From the NCBI GenBank assembly GCA_007129255.1, contig SKVW01000180.1:1-56148 (forward strand): DNA of 56,148 bases. Reading direction: 5' to 3'. This document shows positions 38,278 to 48,251 of the stretch, in pieces. A model generated the notes under the pieces. That model saw only the letters and a list, made by a program, of their open reading frames with translations, was not told where the DNA came from and searched no databases. The DNA is from Bacteroidales bacterium (lineage in GTDB: Bacteria > Bacteroidota > Bacteroidia > Bacteroidales > UBA7960). Position numbers and translations under genes: made by a program. Numbering within the stretch: the first letter of the stretch is position 1; each line of letters starts with the position of its first letter.

Positions 38278-38805
38278 TTGAAGGATTACTATCAAATATT
38301 AGGAGTAAGGCGGACGGCATCCTGTGAGAATATCCGGAAGGCTTTTCGTTGCCAGGCAATGGTGCTGCATCCTGATGTAAATTCTACGGCGGAAGCCAAA
38401 GCCGAATTCCAGAAAATCAACGAGGCCTACCAGGTGCTGAAAAATACCGAAAAGCGCCGGATTTATGATTTACGTTTGCAAAACGGATTGTTCAGCCAAA
38501 AAATATACTACCATCCGGGCCGTGCTGCCCGGCCGTACCGCCCTCCCCATGCAAACCACAATTCATACCGGTCGACCCGTTTTGATGCAAATAACCATAA
38601 GCCCTCTGCTTTTGAAAAAGCGTTCGATAATTTTTTGTTGTTCTTTATGCTGGCCACCGGCATAGGGGCTATTGGATTTGGCATCTTTAACCTTACCCAG
38701 GAGCCCGAGGAAGGTACCAATCAATTTGCCGGATTAATTTTTGGCCTGGTTTTTACCGGCTTACTGCTTTTTCTTTGGGAGAAGAAAAAAAAGTACATGT
38801 CCTGA
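38278..38805 (+). CDS. J-domain protein with two C-terminal TM helices (TTG start)
   Basis: DYYQILGV, HPD, F..INEAYQVL...KR..YD; hydrophobic C-terminus. Confidence 0.85.
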   Translation: MKDYYQILGVRRTASCENIRKAFRCQAMVLHPDVNSTAEAKAEFQKINEAYQVLKNTEKRRIYDLRLQNGLFSQKIYYHPGRAARPYRPPHANHNSYRSTRFDANNHKPSAFEKAFDNFLLFFMLATGIGAIGFGIFNLTQEPEEGTNQFAGLIFGLVFTGLLLFLWEKKKKYMS

Positions 38806-38819
38806 CCTCTCTTCCTGAT

Positions 38820-39566
38820 TTACTCATTCCAGATTTGCCAGGCTTTTTCAGCCTGAAATTTTAACATGGTTTGGCCATTTACTATTTTACAACCTGCTGC
38901 TTTACCAAACTCCAGAAATTTTGTCAGGGGGGGATTGTAAACCAAATCGTATAGCGTATTTCGGGGATTCAAAAAATGATAGGGCAGCGGAGGAAAACTT
39001 TCGGTTTTCGGAGACATTCCCAGCGGGGTGCAATTGATGATAAAGGGATACTCCCTGATCAACTGCTCATCTGTTTGGGCATAGGATATTTCATTTTCTC
39101 CGGACGGGAATCGGGATACCTGCATATAAGGGCAGTTAATTTTTTCCAACACCCAGGCTACCGCTTTGGCCGCCCCACCCGTGCCTAAAATGAGTGCATT
39201 TTCGGGAATGGCCAGGGCGTGAACTTCCAGGCTTTTTTCAAAACCGAATGCATCGGTATTGTACCCATGAAGTAATAATTTTTCCTTTTCACGGGAAATT
39301 TTGATGGTATTTACTGCCAGGATGTCTGTGGCAACTTCATGCAGGGTGTCAAGGTGAGGTATTATTTTTTCTTTGTGAGGAATGGTCACATTCAACCCGC
39401 ATAAACCGGGATTTTGTGAAACCCAGGTCCTGAAATTTTCCAGGTCTTTCACCGGGAACAACCTGTAGGTTGCTCCGGAAATTTTTTCCTTCCTGAACTT
39501 TTCTTTAAAATAGGATGCTGACCATGAATGGGACAAGGGATATCCGATCAGTCCAAAGGTTTTCAT
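38820..39566 (-). CDS. aroE: Shikimate dehydrogenase
   Basis: GYPLSHS.S, NVTIPHK, AVNT, GYNTD, GTGGAA, NCTPLG and DLVYNP motifs. Confidence 0.95.
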   Translation of the reverse strand: MKTFGLIGYPLSHSWSASYFKEKFRKEKISGATYRLFPVKDLENFRTWVSQNPGLCGLNVTIPHKEKIIPHLDTLHEVATDILAVNTIKISREKEKLLLHGYNTDAFGFEKSLEVHALAIPENALILGTGGAAKAVAWVLEKINCPYMQVSRFPSGENEISYAQTDEQLIREYPFIINCTPLGMSPKTESFPPLPYHFLNPRNTLYDLVYNPPLTKFLEFGKAAGCKIVNGQTMLKFQAEKAWQIWNE

Positions 39567-39683
39567 CTGTTTATAATTTGATAAAATCGGTTACATGCCT
39601 GTCCCGCCCATGCGGGAGAACTCGCCATGGCATAATCATTCCCCTGTACGTTAAGGCCTTTGGTATGGTTCGTTTCAGGTTTT

Positions 39684-40631
39684 TTAAGCCGGTTTTTTTT
39701 CCTGCTTTTTACTCTGAAGGTATTCAAACACGAAAATGATGGCCATGCCAATAAAAGCAAAAATGAGCACCTGAAAAACCAAAGGGTCTTCGCCGGTTAC
39801 CTGGGAATACCTTTCCGGGCTGATATTTTTTTCAAGAAAAGGCACCTCTTCTCCGGCAGTGGTAATACGTGTTTCCAAAACTTCTTTCCAGGGCCAGAGT
39901 TTATTCAGGGAGCCGATCATAAAACCCGAAAGTACCCCCAGGGTGGCATTGGGGAAATTTTTAAAAAACCAGGAAATGATATTTGAAAAAGCTACCAGGC
40001 CTATGGCGCATCCTACAGCAAAAACGGCCAGCACATCGGCTTGCAGGTCCCTCACGGCATTGAGCATAAACTCGTATTTTCCCAGTAACAGCAGGATAAA
40101 GCTTCCTGAAATACCCGGCAGGATCATGGCACATATGGCAATAGATCCGGAGATGAAAACAAACCAAAGTGTCTGGGGAGTGCTGGCAGGAGTGGCCACC
40201 GTAACATAAAATGCAATAGCGGTGCCGACTATAAGCATGAGAATGGTGAATAAACTCCAGCGGTCTATCTTCCTGCCGATGTAAACCGCCGATCCAATGA
40301 TCAACCCAAAAAAGAAGGCCCACACCAGCTTTTCATGGTTAGCCAGCAGCCAGGAAATGAGCCTTGCCAGGGAGAAGATGCTGATTAATACACCCCCAAG
40401 TACCGTTAACAGAAAAGTCCCGTTGATATGCTTCCAGGCAGATACGATCCCTTCTTTAAAAAGGATCCTGAGAAAACCGGCGTTGATGGATTTAATGCTG
40501 TGGATAAGTTCTTCATAAATACCGGTGATAAATGCTATGGTACCGCCTGAAACTCCGGGAATAACATCAGCAGCTCCCATTCCCATACCCCTTAATCCGA
40601 CAAGCAGGTAATCAGTAAAACTTCTTCTCAT
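39684..40631 (-). CDS. DUF368 protein (putative undecaprenyl-phosphate translocase)
   Basis: MGAADVIPGVSGGTIA and AMILPGISGSF re-entrant motifs; multi-TM. Confidence 0.92.
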   Translation of the reverse strand: MRRSFTDYLLVGLRGMGMGAADVIPGVSGGTIAFITGIYEELIHSIKSINAGFLRILFKEGIVSAWKHINGTFLLTVLGGVLISIFSLARLISWLLANHEKLVWAFFFGLIIGSAVYIGRKIDRWSLFTILMLIVGTAIAFYVTVATPASTPQTLWFVFISGSIAICAMILPGISGSFILLLLGKYEFMLNAVRDLQADVLAVFAVGCAIGLVAFSNIISWFFKNFPNATLGVLSGFMIGSLNKLWPWKEVLETRITTAGEEVPFLEKNISPERYSQVTGEDPLVFQVLIFAFIGMAIIFVFEYLQSKKQEKKPA

Positions 40632-40651
40632 GCTTTTTAATTAATAATAAA

Positions 40652-40690
40652 TGCCTTTATCCTGCTATCCGGCCATTCAGGATAAAGGCA
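40652..40690. terminator. 13-bp inverted repeat between comA and DUF368 (weak terminator or mRNA stabiliser)
   Basis: TGCCTTTATCCTG...CAGGATAAAGGCA, followed by TTTATTATT on the minus strand. Confidence 0.55.
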
Positions 40691-40715
40691 CCGGATCATT
40701 GAATTTTTTTTAAAA

Positions 40716-41495
40716 TTACTCCAGCTTCAGATGTTGCAGATCAGCGGGCAGGAAATCAAAAAAGGTATCTCCCCTGAGCCCCAGTCTGAGCGTTTCCAGA
40801 GGAACGGCATCAAAAGGGGCGATGTTGCCAAGATTGACTTCAGCCCCCTGCATTTTGATAAACCATACCTGTTGGGGCTTGAGGGGGGCTTCCCATATGA
40901 TTTTATCTTTTGGAACTTCTTTCAGTATATCATTGATCAGTGAGTTGTCCGCCTTTCCGTTCTGGGAATAAATGCCTACGTTTCCGCTCTCGCGGGCCTC
41001 ACCGATAACATAGCTGCTGCCTGCTTCCAGCTCGTGTTTCATTTGGGTAACCCACTCCCCGTGGTTCATTACCACACCGGCTTCTTTGGCACCCACCTCC
41101 GATAACACCAGACGATCGCGGGAAAACTTTTCAATGTATCCACATTTTTCCTCATGGGGGATTTTAAATGATCCATCGGAAACCTCCACGGCATCCAATC
41201 CAAGGTTTTCCAGGTGCTTCAGGTAATTATCCAGTTGATTGCGGATAAGAAAGGCCTCAAAAAGGGTCCCTCCGGCAAAAACTTTGATATTATATTCCTG
41301 GTACAAACGGACTTTTTCTTCAACATTGTTTGAAACGTAGGAGGTGCCAAATCCAAGTTTAATGAAATCAATCAGGTGAGCTGCGGTAGACATAAGATCC
41401 CGGGCTTGAGAAATGCCCAAACCCTTGTCCATGACCATGGTAATGCCTTTTTTTCTTGGCTTGGCTTCTCTCTCCGGCAATAAGGTCAGTTTCAT
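40716..41495 (-). CDS. comA: Phosphosulfolactate synthase (ComA family)
   Basis: KPR..GITMVMDKG, IKLGFGT, GGTLFE, EVSDG, SEVG.K, EARESG, WEAP and LETLRLGLRGDT motifs. Confidence 0.92.
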   Translation of the reverse strand: MKLTLLPEREAKPRKKGITMVMDKGLGISQARDLMSTAAHLIDFIKLGFGTSYVSNNVEEKVRLYQEYNIKVFAGGTLFEAFLIRNQLDNYLKHLENLGLDAVEVSDGSFKIPHEEKCGYIEKFSRDRLVLSEVGAKEAGVVMNHGEWVTQMKHELEAGSSYVIGEARESGNVGIYSQNGKADNSLINDILKEVPKDKIIWEAPLKPQQVWFIKMQGAEVNLGNIAPFDAVPLETLRLGLRGDTFFDFLPADLQHLKLE

Positions 41496-41512
41496 AAAAC
41501 AATTTAAATATT

Positions 41513-42925
41513 TCAGGATGAAGTATCGGGTCTGTAGTGTTCAATAAGGTCTATAAGGGACGAGTTTGCCCATAGGGCCGGGTAGTTGGTAAGCAGTGCA
41601 ATATGTCCTTCAAAGTTTTTTGAGAGAGCTTCCTCCAGGAAAAAAGAACCTTCTTTTCCCCTGCCGCTTAAATAAAGGTATGCGGCCATGCGGTATTGCA
41701 GGCCTGCATTATTGGGGAGCACTACCAGGCCACGCACCAGCACGCCTGTAGCAGCGGCCAGGTCTTTTTTCCTTGCATAGGCTTCTGCATATTCCAGCCA
41801 GCTTTCTTCATCCTCTGGTTCAACTTTTACAGCTTTTTCGTAAATATCCATGGCCTGATCAAATTCATTGGCCTGAATTAAACAGTCAGCCAAAAGACAT
41901 AAATAAGCGGGATTTTCCGGGTCCTTTTCCACCCCTTTTCGAAAAAAATTAACGGCATTTTTTGCAGAACCCATTTCTATTTCACAAATTCCCATCCCAA
42001 TCCATGCATCAGCGATAGAGGCATCCATTTTGGCAGTTTTTTGATAAAATTCAGCCGCCATGGGATATTCTTCCATTTTTTCATAACATTCCCCAATATA
42101 ATAAAACTTCATGGGGTCAAACTCATCTTCTGTAAGGGATTGGCGGTATGCCTCCAGTGCTTCAGGATAGCGATTCAGCAGACTCAGGGCATAACCTTTG
42201 TGAAACCAGGAGTGCTCGTGATCCTGGTTGATGGCAATGGAATAATCCAGTGCCTGTATGGCTTTTTCATACAAACCGCTGTTGATATAAGATACCCCAA
42301 GGTTAAACCAGGCTTCTGAACTGTAAGGATGACGGTCCAGTAAACGATTAAAAAAGGAAATACTTTCCTCAGTCAATGATAGCAGATCAAAGCAATAGGC
42401 TGCCTCGTAAATGGCCAGATCGTTTTCGGGATTTACTTCCAGGGCCTTGCCAAGGTATTCCAGGGTTTTGTCATAATTGCCCATGTTTTCATATTCAAAG
42501 GCAATATTGCAATATACATGGTCGGGTTCATCAGAGATAAAAACTGCTTTATTATATTCTTCTATGGCTTTTTCATAATTGCGCATTTGAGAATATATGG
42601 CACCTTTGGTAAGAAAAATATCAGTATTGGATGGTTCCAGCGTTTCCACCCCGGAAAGGATATCCAAAGCATATTTTTCTTTGTTGAGAGCGGCAAATAA
42701 CTGTGCTTTTTTGAGCATTAAAGGCACGGAGGTAGGGTGCACCTGCCCGGCATAATCGCAAACTTTGAGGGCCTTTTTATAATTGCCCTCCAGCACAAAG
42801 TGTTCAATAATTTCCTCAAAGTCGTCCACGTCAAAGTAAACCGAGGAGTTGCTGGCCAAAAGCGCTTCAAACTTTTCAACCTGCCACGGAACGTTATTGA
42901 AGTTATTTTCTAATTCTTTATTCAT
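41513..42925 (-). CDS. Cytoplasmic tetratricopeptide-repeat protein
   Basis: Many tandem TPRs (A....KAL..NP, AWFNLG, AWIGMG). Confidence 0.88.
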   Translation of the reverse strand: MNKELENNFNNVPWQVEKFEALLASNSSVYFDVDDFEEIIEHFVLEGNYKKALKVCDYAGQVHPTSVPLMLKKAQLFAALNKEKYALDILSGVETLEPSNTDIFLTKGAIYSQMRNYEKAIEEYNKAVFISDEPDHVYCNIAFEYENMGNYDKTLEYLGKALEVNPENDLAIYEAAYCFDLLSLTEESISFFNRLLDRHPYSSEAWFNLGVSYINSGLYEKAIQALDYSIAINQDHEHSWFHKGYALSLLNRYPEALEAYRQSLTEDEFDPMKFYYIGECYEKMEEYPMAAEFYQKTAKMDASIADAWIGMGICEIEMGSAKNAVNFFRKGVEKDPENPAYLCLLADCLIQANEFDQAMDIYEKAVKVEPEDEESWLEYAEAYARKKDLAAATGVLVRGLVVLPNNAGLQYRMAAYLYLSGRGKEGSFFLEEALSKNFEGHIALLTNYPALWANSSLIDLIEHYRPDTSS

Positions 42926-42997
42926 AAATTTTTACCGGTGTTTTTTATTTAACCCTGATAAACATTATCAAATAACCTGCCACCGGTTTAAACGGTG

Positions 42998-43005
42998 CAA
43001 AGTTA
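42998..43005 (-). promoter_or_regulatory. -7 promoter box (TAACTTTG) for TPR-comA-DUF368-aroE
   Basis: TAACTTTGCA about 72 nt upstream of the TPR gene. Confidence 0.65.
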
Positions 43006-43171
43006 ACAAAAAACAATAAAGAACGCTTCACTGCTAAGGGGCTTTCATTAGGATAAATGTAAGAAAATATATTCGGGTTTATGCTGGTAAAAACACGGTT
43101 TTTTTTAATTATTATCAACATCGTCAACCGGGTTTACCCGATTTTGGAATGGAAAATACGATAATAAATGG

Positions 43172-43179
43172 TAATTTTG
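43172..43179 (+). promoter_or_regulatory. -7 promoter box (TAATTTTG) for ffh
   Basis: TAATTTTGCA 23 nt upstream of ATG 43203. Confidence 0.7.
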
Positions 43180-43202
43180 CACAAATTTTCAAAAGGATTA
43201 AA

Positions 43203-44546
43203 ATGTTCGAAAACTTAAATGATAAATTAGAAAAGGCATTCAAATTGTTAAAAGGGCAGGGGCACATTTCCGAGATCAATGTGGCCGAAACCCTTAAGGA
43301 TGTTCGTCGTGCTTTGCTGGATGCCGATGTTAGCTTTAAGATTGCCAAAAGCTTTACCGAAACGGTTAAGGAAAAAGCCCTTGGACAGGGAGTGCTTACC
43401 TCAGTTTCGCCCGGGCAGCTCATGGTGAAAATTGTTCATGAGGAGCTTACCCGCCTGATGGGCACAACCCACGAGGAAATAAACATTAAAGGCAGCCCTG
43501 CGGTGATTCTCATCGCTGGTTTGCAAGGAAGTGGTAAAACAACTTTCTCGGCAAAACTTGCCAATTACCTCAAGTCCAAAAAAAGCAAAAAAGTATTGCT
43601 GGTGGCCTGTGATGTTTACCGCCCCGCAGCCATTGACCAGCTGAAGGTTTTGGGCGATCAGATTGAAGTCGAGGTTTATACCGAGCCTGACAATCAGGAT
43701 CCGGTAGGTATTGCCAAGCGCGCCATATTGCATGCCAAAACCATGGGCCACCAGGCTGTGGTAGTGGATACCGCTGGCCGGTTGGCCATTGACCAGGAAA
43801 TGATGAACGAGATCGCTTCCCTCAAAAAAGCCCTTAATCCCCACGAAACCCTGTTTGTGGTGGATGCCATGACGGGTCAGGATGCCGTGAATACTGCCAA
43901 GGCCTTTAATGATCGCCTGGATTATGACGGGGTAGTGCTTACCAAGCTGGACGGGGACACCCGCGGGGGAGCCGCACTAACAGTGCGGTCGGTGGTAAAT
44001 AAACCCATCAAGTTTATAGGTATTGGCGAAAAAGCAGATGCCATTGATGTATTTCATCCCAGACGAATGGCCGACCGTATTCTGGGAATGGGTGATGTAG
44101 TATCTTTGGTTGAAAAAGCCCAGGAGCAGTATGATGTAGAAGAAGCACGGCAGCTTCAAAAGAAAATTGCCAAAAATCAATTCAACTTCAACGACTTCCT
44201 TTCCCAGATGCAGCAAATAAAAAAGATGGGAAATGTGAAAGACCTGATGGGGATGATCCCTGGAATGGGAAAAGCCATGAAGGATATTGATATGGAAGAT
44301 GATGCTTTTAAAGGAATTGAAGCCATTATTTATTCCATGACTGAGGAAGAAAAAGAAAACCCCGGCATCATCAATGGCAGCCGAAGAAAGCGAATAGCAG
44401 CAGGTAGCGGATCTTCCATTCAGGAAGTGAACCGCCTTATCAAGCAGTTTGAAGATACCCGCAAAATGATGCGCATGATGTCTGGCGGTAAAGGAGGTGC
44501 CAAAATGGCCAACCTCATGCGCAATATGTCCGGAATGAGAAAATAA
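43203..44546 (+). CDS. ffh: Signal recognition particle protein
   Basis: MFENL, GLQGSGKTT, DTAGR, TKLDGD, Met-rich M domain. Confidence 0.98.
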   Translation: MFENLNDKLEKAFKLLKGQGHISEINVAETLKDVRRALLDADVSFKIAKSFTETVKEKALGQGVLTSVSPGQLMVKIVHEELTRLMGTTHEEINIKGSPAVILIAGLQGSGKTTFSAKLANYLKSKKSKKVLLVACDVYRPAAIDQLKVLGDQIEVEVYTEPDNQDPVGIAKRAILHAKTMGHQAVVVDTAGRLAIDQEMMNEIASLKKALNPHETLFVVDAMTGQDAVNTAKAFNDRLDYDGVVLTKLDGDTRGGAALTVRSVVNKPIKFIGIGEKADAIDVFHPRRMADRILGMGDVVSLVEKAQEQYDVEEARQLQKKIAKNQFNFNDFLSQMQQIKKMGNVKDLMGMIPGMGKAMKDIDMEDDAFKGIEAIIYSMTEEEKENPGIINGSRRKRIAAGSGSSIQEVNRLIKQFEDTRKMMRMMSGGKGGAKMANLMRNMSGMRK

Positions 44547-44547
44547 A

Positions 44548-44590
44548 CTGACGGGTTGAACAACCCTCCTTTGCAGCCCGTTAGCTTTTT
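44548..44590 (+). terminator. Probable terminator after ffh
   Basis: CTGACGGGTTG pairs with CAGCCCGTTAG (two G-U pairs), followed by a T-run. Confidence 0.6.
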
Positions 44591-44627
44591 GATTTTTGCA
44601 TAGTACATATTTTAACAGCTGAAAGAA

Positions 44628-45509
44628 ATGGAACTTATTGACGGAAAAAAGGTTGCTGTGACCATAAAGCAGGAAATTGCCGCAGAGGTAAAGAGAATGC
44701 TGGATCAGGGGGAAAAAGCTCCCCACCTGGCCGCCATTTTGGTGGGAGAGGATCCTGCCAGCCAAACCTATGTAAACAGTAAGGCCAAAGCCTGTAAAGA
44801 GGTTGGCTTTATTTCTTCTAACTACAATTTTCCTGAAGATGTCAGTGAAGAAGAGCTATTGAAAACCGTTGAATTTATCAATAACGATGACGACATCGAT
44901 GGCTTGATCGTGCAACTCCCCCTTCCCGACCATATTGACAACCAGAAGATCATACAGCACATCCGCCCTGAAAAAGATGTGGACGGATTTCATCCGGTAA
45001 ATGTAGGGCGCATGACCATTGGTTTGCCTTCCTACGTATCTGCAACACCATACGGCATTTTGGAACTGATCATGCGCAGCCGCATTGAAACCAAAGGGAA
45101 GAACTGCGTAATCCTTGGACGTAGCAATATTGTAGGCAAGCCTATGAGCATACTGATGGCTCGCAATGAAGAACCCGGCAATGCCACCGTTACGGTTTGC
45201 CACAGTAAAACAAAAAATCTTAAGGAGATCACCTCCAAAGCCGATATCCTGATCGTGGCCATTGGCAAGCCCGAATTCGTAACTGAAGATATGGTTAAAG
45301 ACAATGCTGTGGTAATAGATGTGGGGATTCACCGCGTGAAGTCCGACAAAACCAAATCGGGTTTCCGCCTGATCGGGGATGTAAAATTTGATGAGGTATC
45401 CCCAAAGGCCTCGCATATTACACCTGTTCCGGGGGGAGTAGGACCCATGACCATTGTTTCTTTGCTGATGAACACCCTGAAAGCTTCCAAAAAAGAAATT
45501 TACGCATAA
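44628..45509 (+). CDS. folD: Bifunctional methylenetetrahydrofolate dehydrogenase/cyclohydrolase
   Basis: [27 protein letters not shown] and [11 protein letters not shown] motifs. Confidence 0.98.
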   Translation: MELIDGKKVAVTIKQEIAAEVKRMLDQGEKAPHLAAILVGEDPASQTYVNSKAKACKEVGFISSNYNFPEDVSEEELLKTVEFINNDDDIDGLIVQLPLPDHIDNQKIIQHIRPEKDVDGFHPVNVGRMTIGLPSYVSATPYGILELIMRSRIETKGKNCVILGRSNIVGKPMSILMARNEEPGNATVTVCHSKTKNLKEITSKADILIVAIGKPEFVTEDMVKDNAVVIDVGIHRVKSDKTKSGFRLIGDVKFDEVSPKASHITPVPGGVGPMTIVSLLMNTLKASKKEIYA

Positions 45510-45510
45510 T

Positions 45511-46167
45511 TTGAACAACTGCCGATTAACCAATCTTACCCCGGAGCAGCAGCAATTGCTTGAGCATGGCAGCTTACTGCCTGTTATGGAGAAATTTTAT
45601 TCTGTGCAGGGCGAAGGATACAATACCGGTAAAGCAGCCAGCTTCGTGCGCATCGGGGGGTGTGATGTGGGCTGCCACTGGTGCGATGTAAAAGAAGCAT
45701 GGGATGCAAGCATGCATCCACTTACATCCCTGGGAGAGATCATTAAATTCGTTACTTCCTTTCCTGCTAAATCAGTGGTGATCACTGGCGGAGAACCCCT
45801 GATGTATAACCTGGATCCCCTATGCAGGGAATTGAAAGACCGGGGAATCAGGATCTTTCTTGAAACTTCCGGTGCTTACCCTTTAAGCGGCCATTATGAC
45901 TGGGTTTGCCTCTCTCCCAAAACCAATATTCAGCCCCGCCAGGATATGCTGTTAATGGCAGATGAGCTTAAAGTGATCATCCATGAAAAAAACGATTTTG
46001 AATGGGCCAAGAAGAATGCCCGACTGGTAAAAGAAAAATGTCTGCTTTATCTTCAGCCTGAATGGAGCCGTTACCAGCAGATCCTTCCCCAGGTTGTGGA
46101 TTTTGTTATGCAAAACCCCCGTTGGATGATTTCTTTGCAGTCTCATAAGTTTATGAATATCCCCTGA
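45511..46167 (+). CDS. queE: 7-carboxy-7-deazaguanine synthase (radical SAM; start uncertain)
   Basis: FYSVQGEG, CDVGCHWCD, ITGGEP, ETSG, SPK and SLQSHK motifs. Confidence 0.93.
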   Translation: MNNCRLTNLTPEQQQLLEHGSLLPVMEKFYSVQGEGYNTGKAASFVRIGGCDVGCHWCDVKEAWDASMHPLTSLGEIIKFVTSFPAKSVVITGGEPLMYNLDPLCRELKDRGIRIFLETSGAYPLSGHYDWVCLSPKTNIQPRQDMLLMADELKVIIHEKNDFEWAKKNARLVKEKCLLYLQPEWSRYQQILPQVVDFVMQNPRWMISLQSHKFMNIP

Positions 46168-46294
46168 TAGAAAGAATGTTTTCCCGGTGCGGGGCGATTG
46201 AATTTTTTAAATCTGTTTCTTAACTGAGGAGTTATTCAGGAAAATCTTTTTTTCTGAATAAACTTTCTTTAATTTTGGATTTATATCTTTTGAA

Positions 46295-48250
46295 ATGAAG
46301 CCATTCTCCTTTTTTATCCTGTTTCTTTTGGTTTTGGGATTTCAGCCACTGCAAGCCCAGGTAGCCGATGATCTGACCACCAGAAACAACAGGGCACGTA
46401 GTGCCTTTCAAAGCGGGGTGCAAGCCTACCGTCTTATGGATTACGATCAGGCTGTTTACTATTTTCAAAGGGCTATAAATCATGATCCTGAATTTATTGA
46501 AGCATACATCCTAAAGGCTGAAGTATATTATTCCGATGAGCAATACGAGCATAGCGCTGCTGCCTATGAGCAAGCCATTCGCGTTGATTCATTGTTTTTC
46601 CCTTCCAAACACTTTTACCTGGGTTCTGCCTTGTTGAAAACCGGGCAATACCAAAAAGCCCGGAACCGTTTGAATATTTTCCTGGAGTTGCCCGGCATAA
46701 GTGACTCTATGCGTGAATCGGCCGGGAAGCACCTTGAACAATGTGCATTTGCCATTGATGCCCAGGAAAATCCCGTTCCTTTTGAGCCGGTCAACCCGGG
46801 ATCGGCCATAAACAGCGAATTTGCCGAGTACAGCCCCACCCTTACGGCCGATGAGCAAACCCTGGTATTTACCCGTAAAAAACCACGTACTGATCCTGCA
46901 TTAATGTCATATGGACCGGAGTATGAAGATTTTTATGTAAGCCATTATAAGGATGGGGCCTGGACGGAGGCCGAAAACCTTGGGCCTCCCATCAATACCC
47001 CTGGAAATGAAGGCGCACAAAGTATTTCTGCCGATGGCCGGCACCTGTTTTACACCGCCTGCAACCGGCCCGAGGGTGTTGGCAGTTGCGATATTTATTA
47101 TGCCCGCCGTACCGGCGACCGCTGGAGCACCCCCTCAAACATGGGCCGGGTGGTTAATTCCACTTCCTGGGATTCCCAGCCATCCATTTCACCGGATGGA
47201 AGAACACTTTATTTTACCAGTGCCCGCTCAGGAAGCTATGGGAAAATGGATATCTGGAAAACCTCCCTGGATGACAGCGGAAACTGGCAAACCCCGGTAA
47301 ACATTGGCCCGGCAATCAACACCTCCGGAAGGGAAATGTCACCCTTTATCCATCCCGATAACCAAACCCTGTTTTTTGCCTCTGACGGCCATATGGGCAT
47401 GGGAGGTCTGGATATTTTCTATAGCCGGAAACAGAAGGATGGGTCCTGGGGCGAACCCGTTAACATCGGCTATCCCATCAATACCTATGCGGATGAGTTT
47501 TCCCTGGTTGTGGGCGCAAAAGGAGATATTGCATGGTTTGCTTCTGATAAATTTGGCGGATATGGGGAAACGGATATCTACTATTTTGACCTTTACGAAG
47601 CAGCACGCCCGGATCCGGTGACTTATATGCGTGGCATAGTTTACGATAAGGAAACCGGTGAAAAATTGAGGGCCTTTTTTGAGTTGACGGATGTGGAGTT
47701 GGATGAGGTGATTGCCATGTCGGTTTCCGATCCGGAAACCGGCAGTTTCCTGGTTTCTATCCCCACAGGGCGTAATCTGGCCCTTAACGTCAATAAGACA
47801 GGTTATTTGTTTTTTTCAGAAAACTTTTCCTATGCCGATGTAAGGGTGGGAATCGATCCTTACACCCGGGACATTCCCCTGCAGCCCATCAAAGAAGGGG
47901 TGGCGGTGGTTTTGCGGAATATCTTTTTTGATACCGACCAATATGAACTAAAACCTGAGTCAAAAATTGAACTGTTAAGGCTGGCAGAGTTGATGCAAGA
48001 AAACCCGGAGATGAAAGTGGAAATTAGCGGGCACACCGACAATGTGGGGGCTTATGAATACAACCTGGAACTTTCGCGTAACAGGGCCCGAAGCGTATTG
48101 GAGTTTTTAACAGAACAAGGAGTTGAGGAAAACCGGTTGGAATATGAAGGTTATGCCGATACCCGGCCAATAGATACCAACGAAACCGAAGAAGGCAGAG
48201 CCAATAACCGCCGCACCGAGTTTGAGGTACTGGAATATCAAAATCAGTAA
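46295..48250 (+). CDS. TPR + PD40 beta-propeller + OmpA-like peptidoglycan-binding protein (PorE-like architecture)
   Basis: Signal peptide, TPRs, repeated P.IS.DG..LYF / W..P.N.G..IN, C-terminal NIFFD, GHTDNVG, LSRNRA, NRRTEF. Confidence 0.9.
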   Translation: MKPFSFFILFLLVLGFQPLQAQVADDLTTRNNRARSAFQSGVQAYRLMDYDQAVYYFQRAINHDPEFIEAYILKAEVYYSDEQYEHSAAAYEQAIRVDSLFFPSKHFYLGSALLKTGQYQKARNRLNIFLELPGISDSMRESAGKHLEQCAFAIDAQENPVPFEPVNPGSAINSEFAEYSPTLTADEQTLVFTRKKPRTDPALMSYGPEYEDFYVSHYKDGAWTEAENLGPPINTPGNEGAQSISADGRHLFYTACNRPEGVGSCDIYYARRTGDRWSTPSNMGRVVNSTSWDSQPSISPDGRTLYFTSARSGSYGKMDIWKTSLDDSGNWQTPVNIGPAINTSGREMSPFIHPDNQTLFFASDGHMGMGGLDIFYSRKQKDGSWGEPVNIGYPINTYADEFSLVVGAKGDIAWFASDKFGGYGETDIYYFDLYEAARPDPVTYMRGIVYDKETGEKLRAFFELTDVELDEVIAMSVSDPETGSFLVSIPTGRNLALNVNKTGYLFFSENFSYADVRVGIDPYTRDIPLQPIKEGVAVVLRNIFFDTDQYELKPESKIELLRLAELMQENPEMKVEISGHTDNVGAYEYNLELSRNRARSVLEFLTEQGVEENRLEYEGYADTRPIDTNETEEGRANNRRTEFEVLEYQNQ

Positions 48251-48251
48251 T

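Noticed and set aside
42926-43202. SRP RNA (ffs) next to ffh
   Set aside because: No SRP-like hairpin with the conserved GGAA loop seen; the region is explained by divergent promoters
43977-45533. Antisense ORFs of 262 aa and 225 aa over ffh and folD
   Set aside because: They overlap well-supported genes on the other strand; codon-bias shadows
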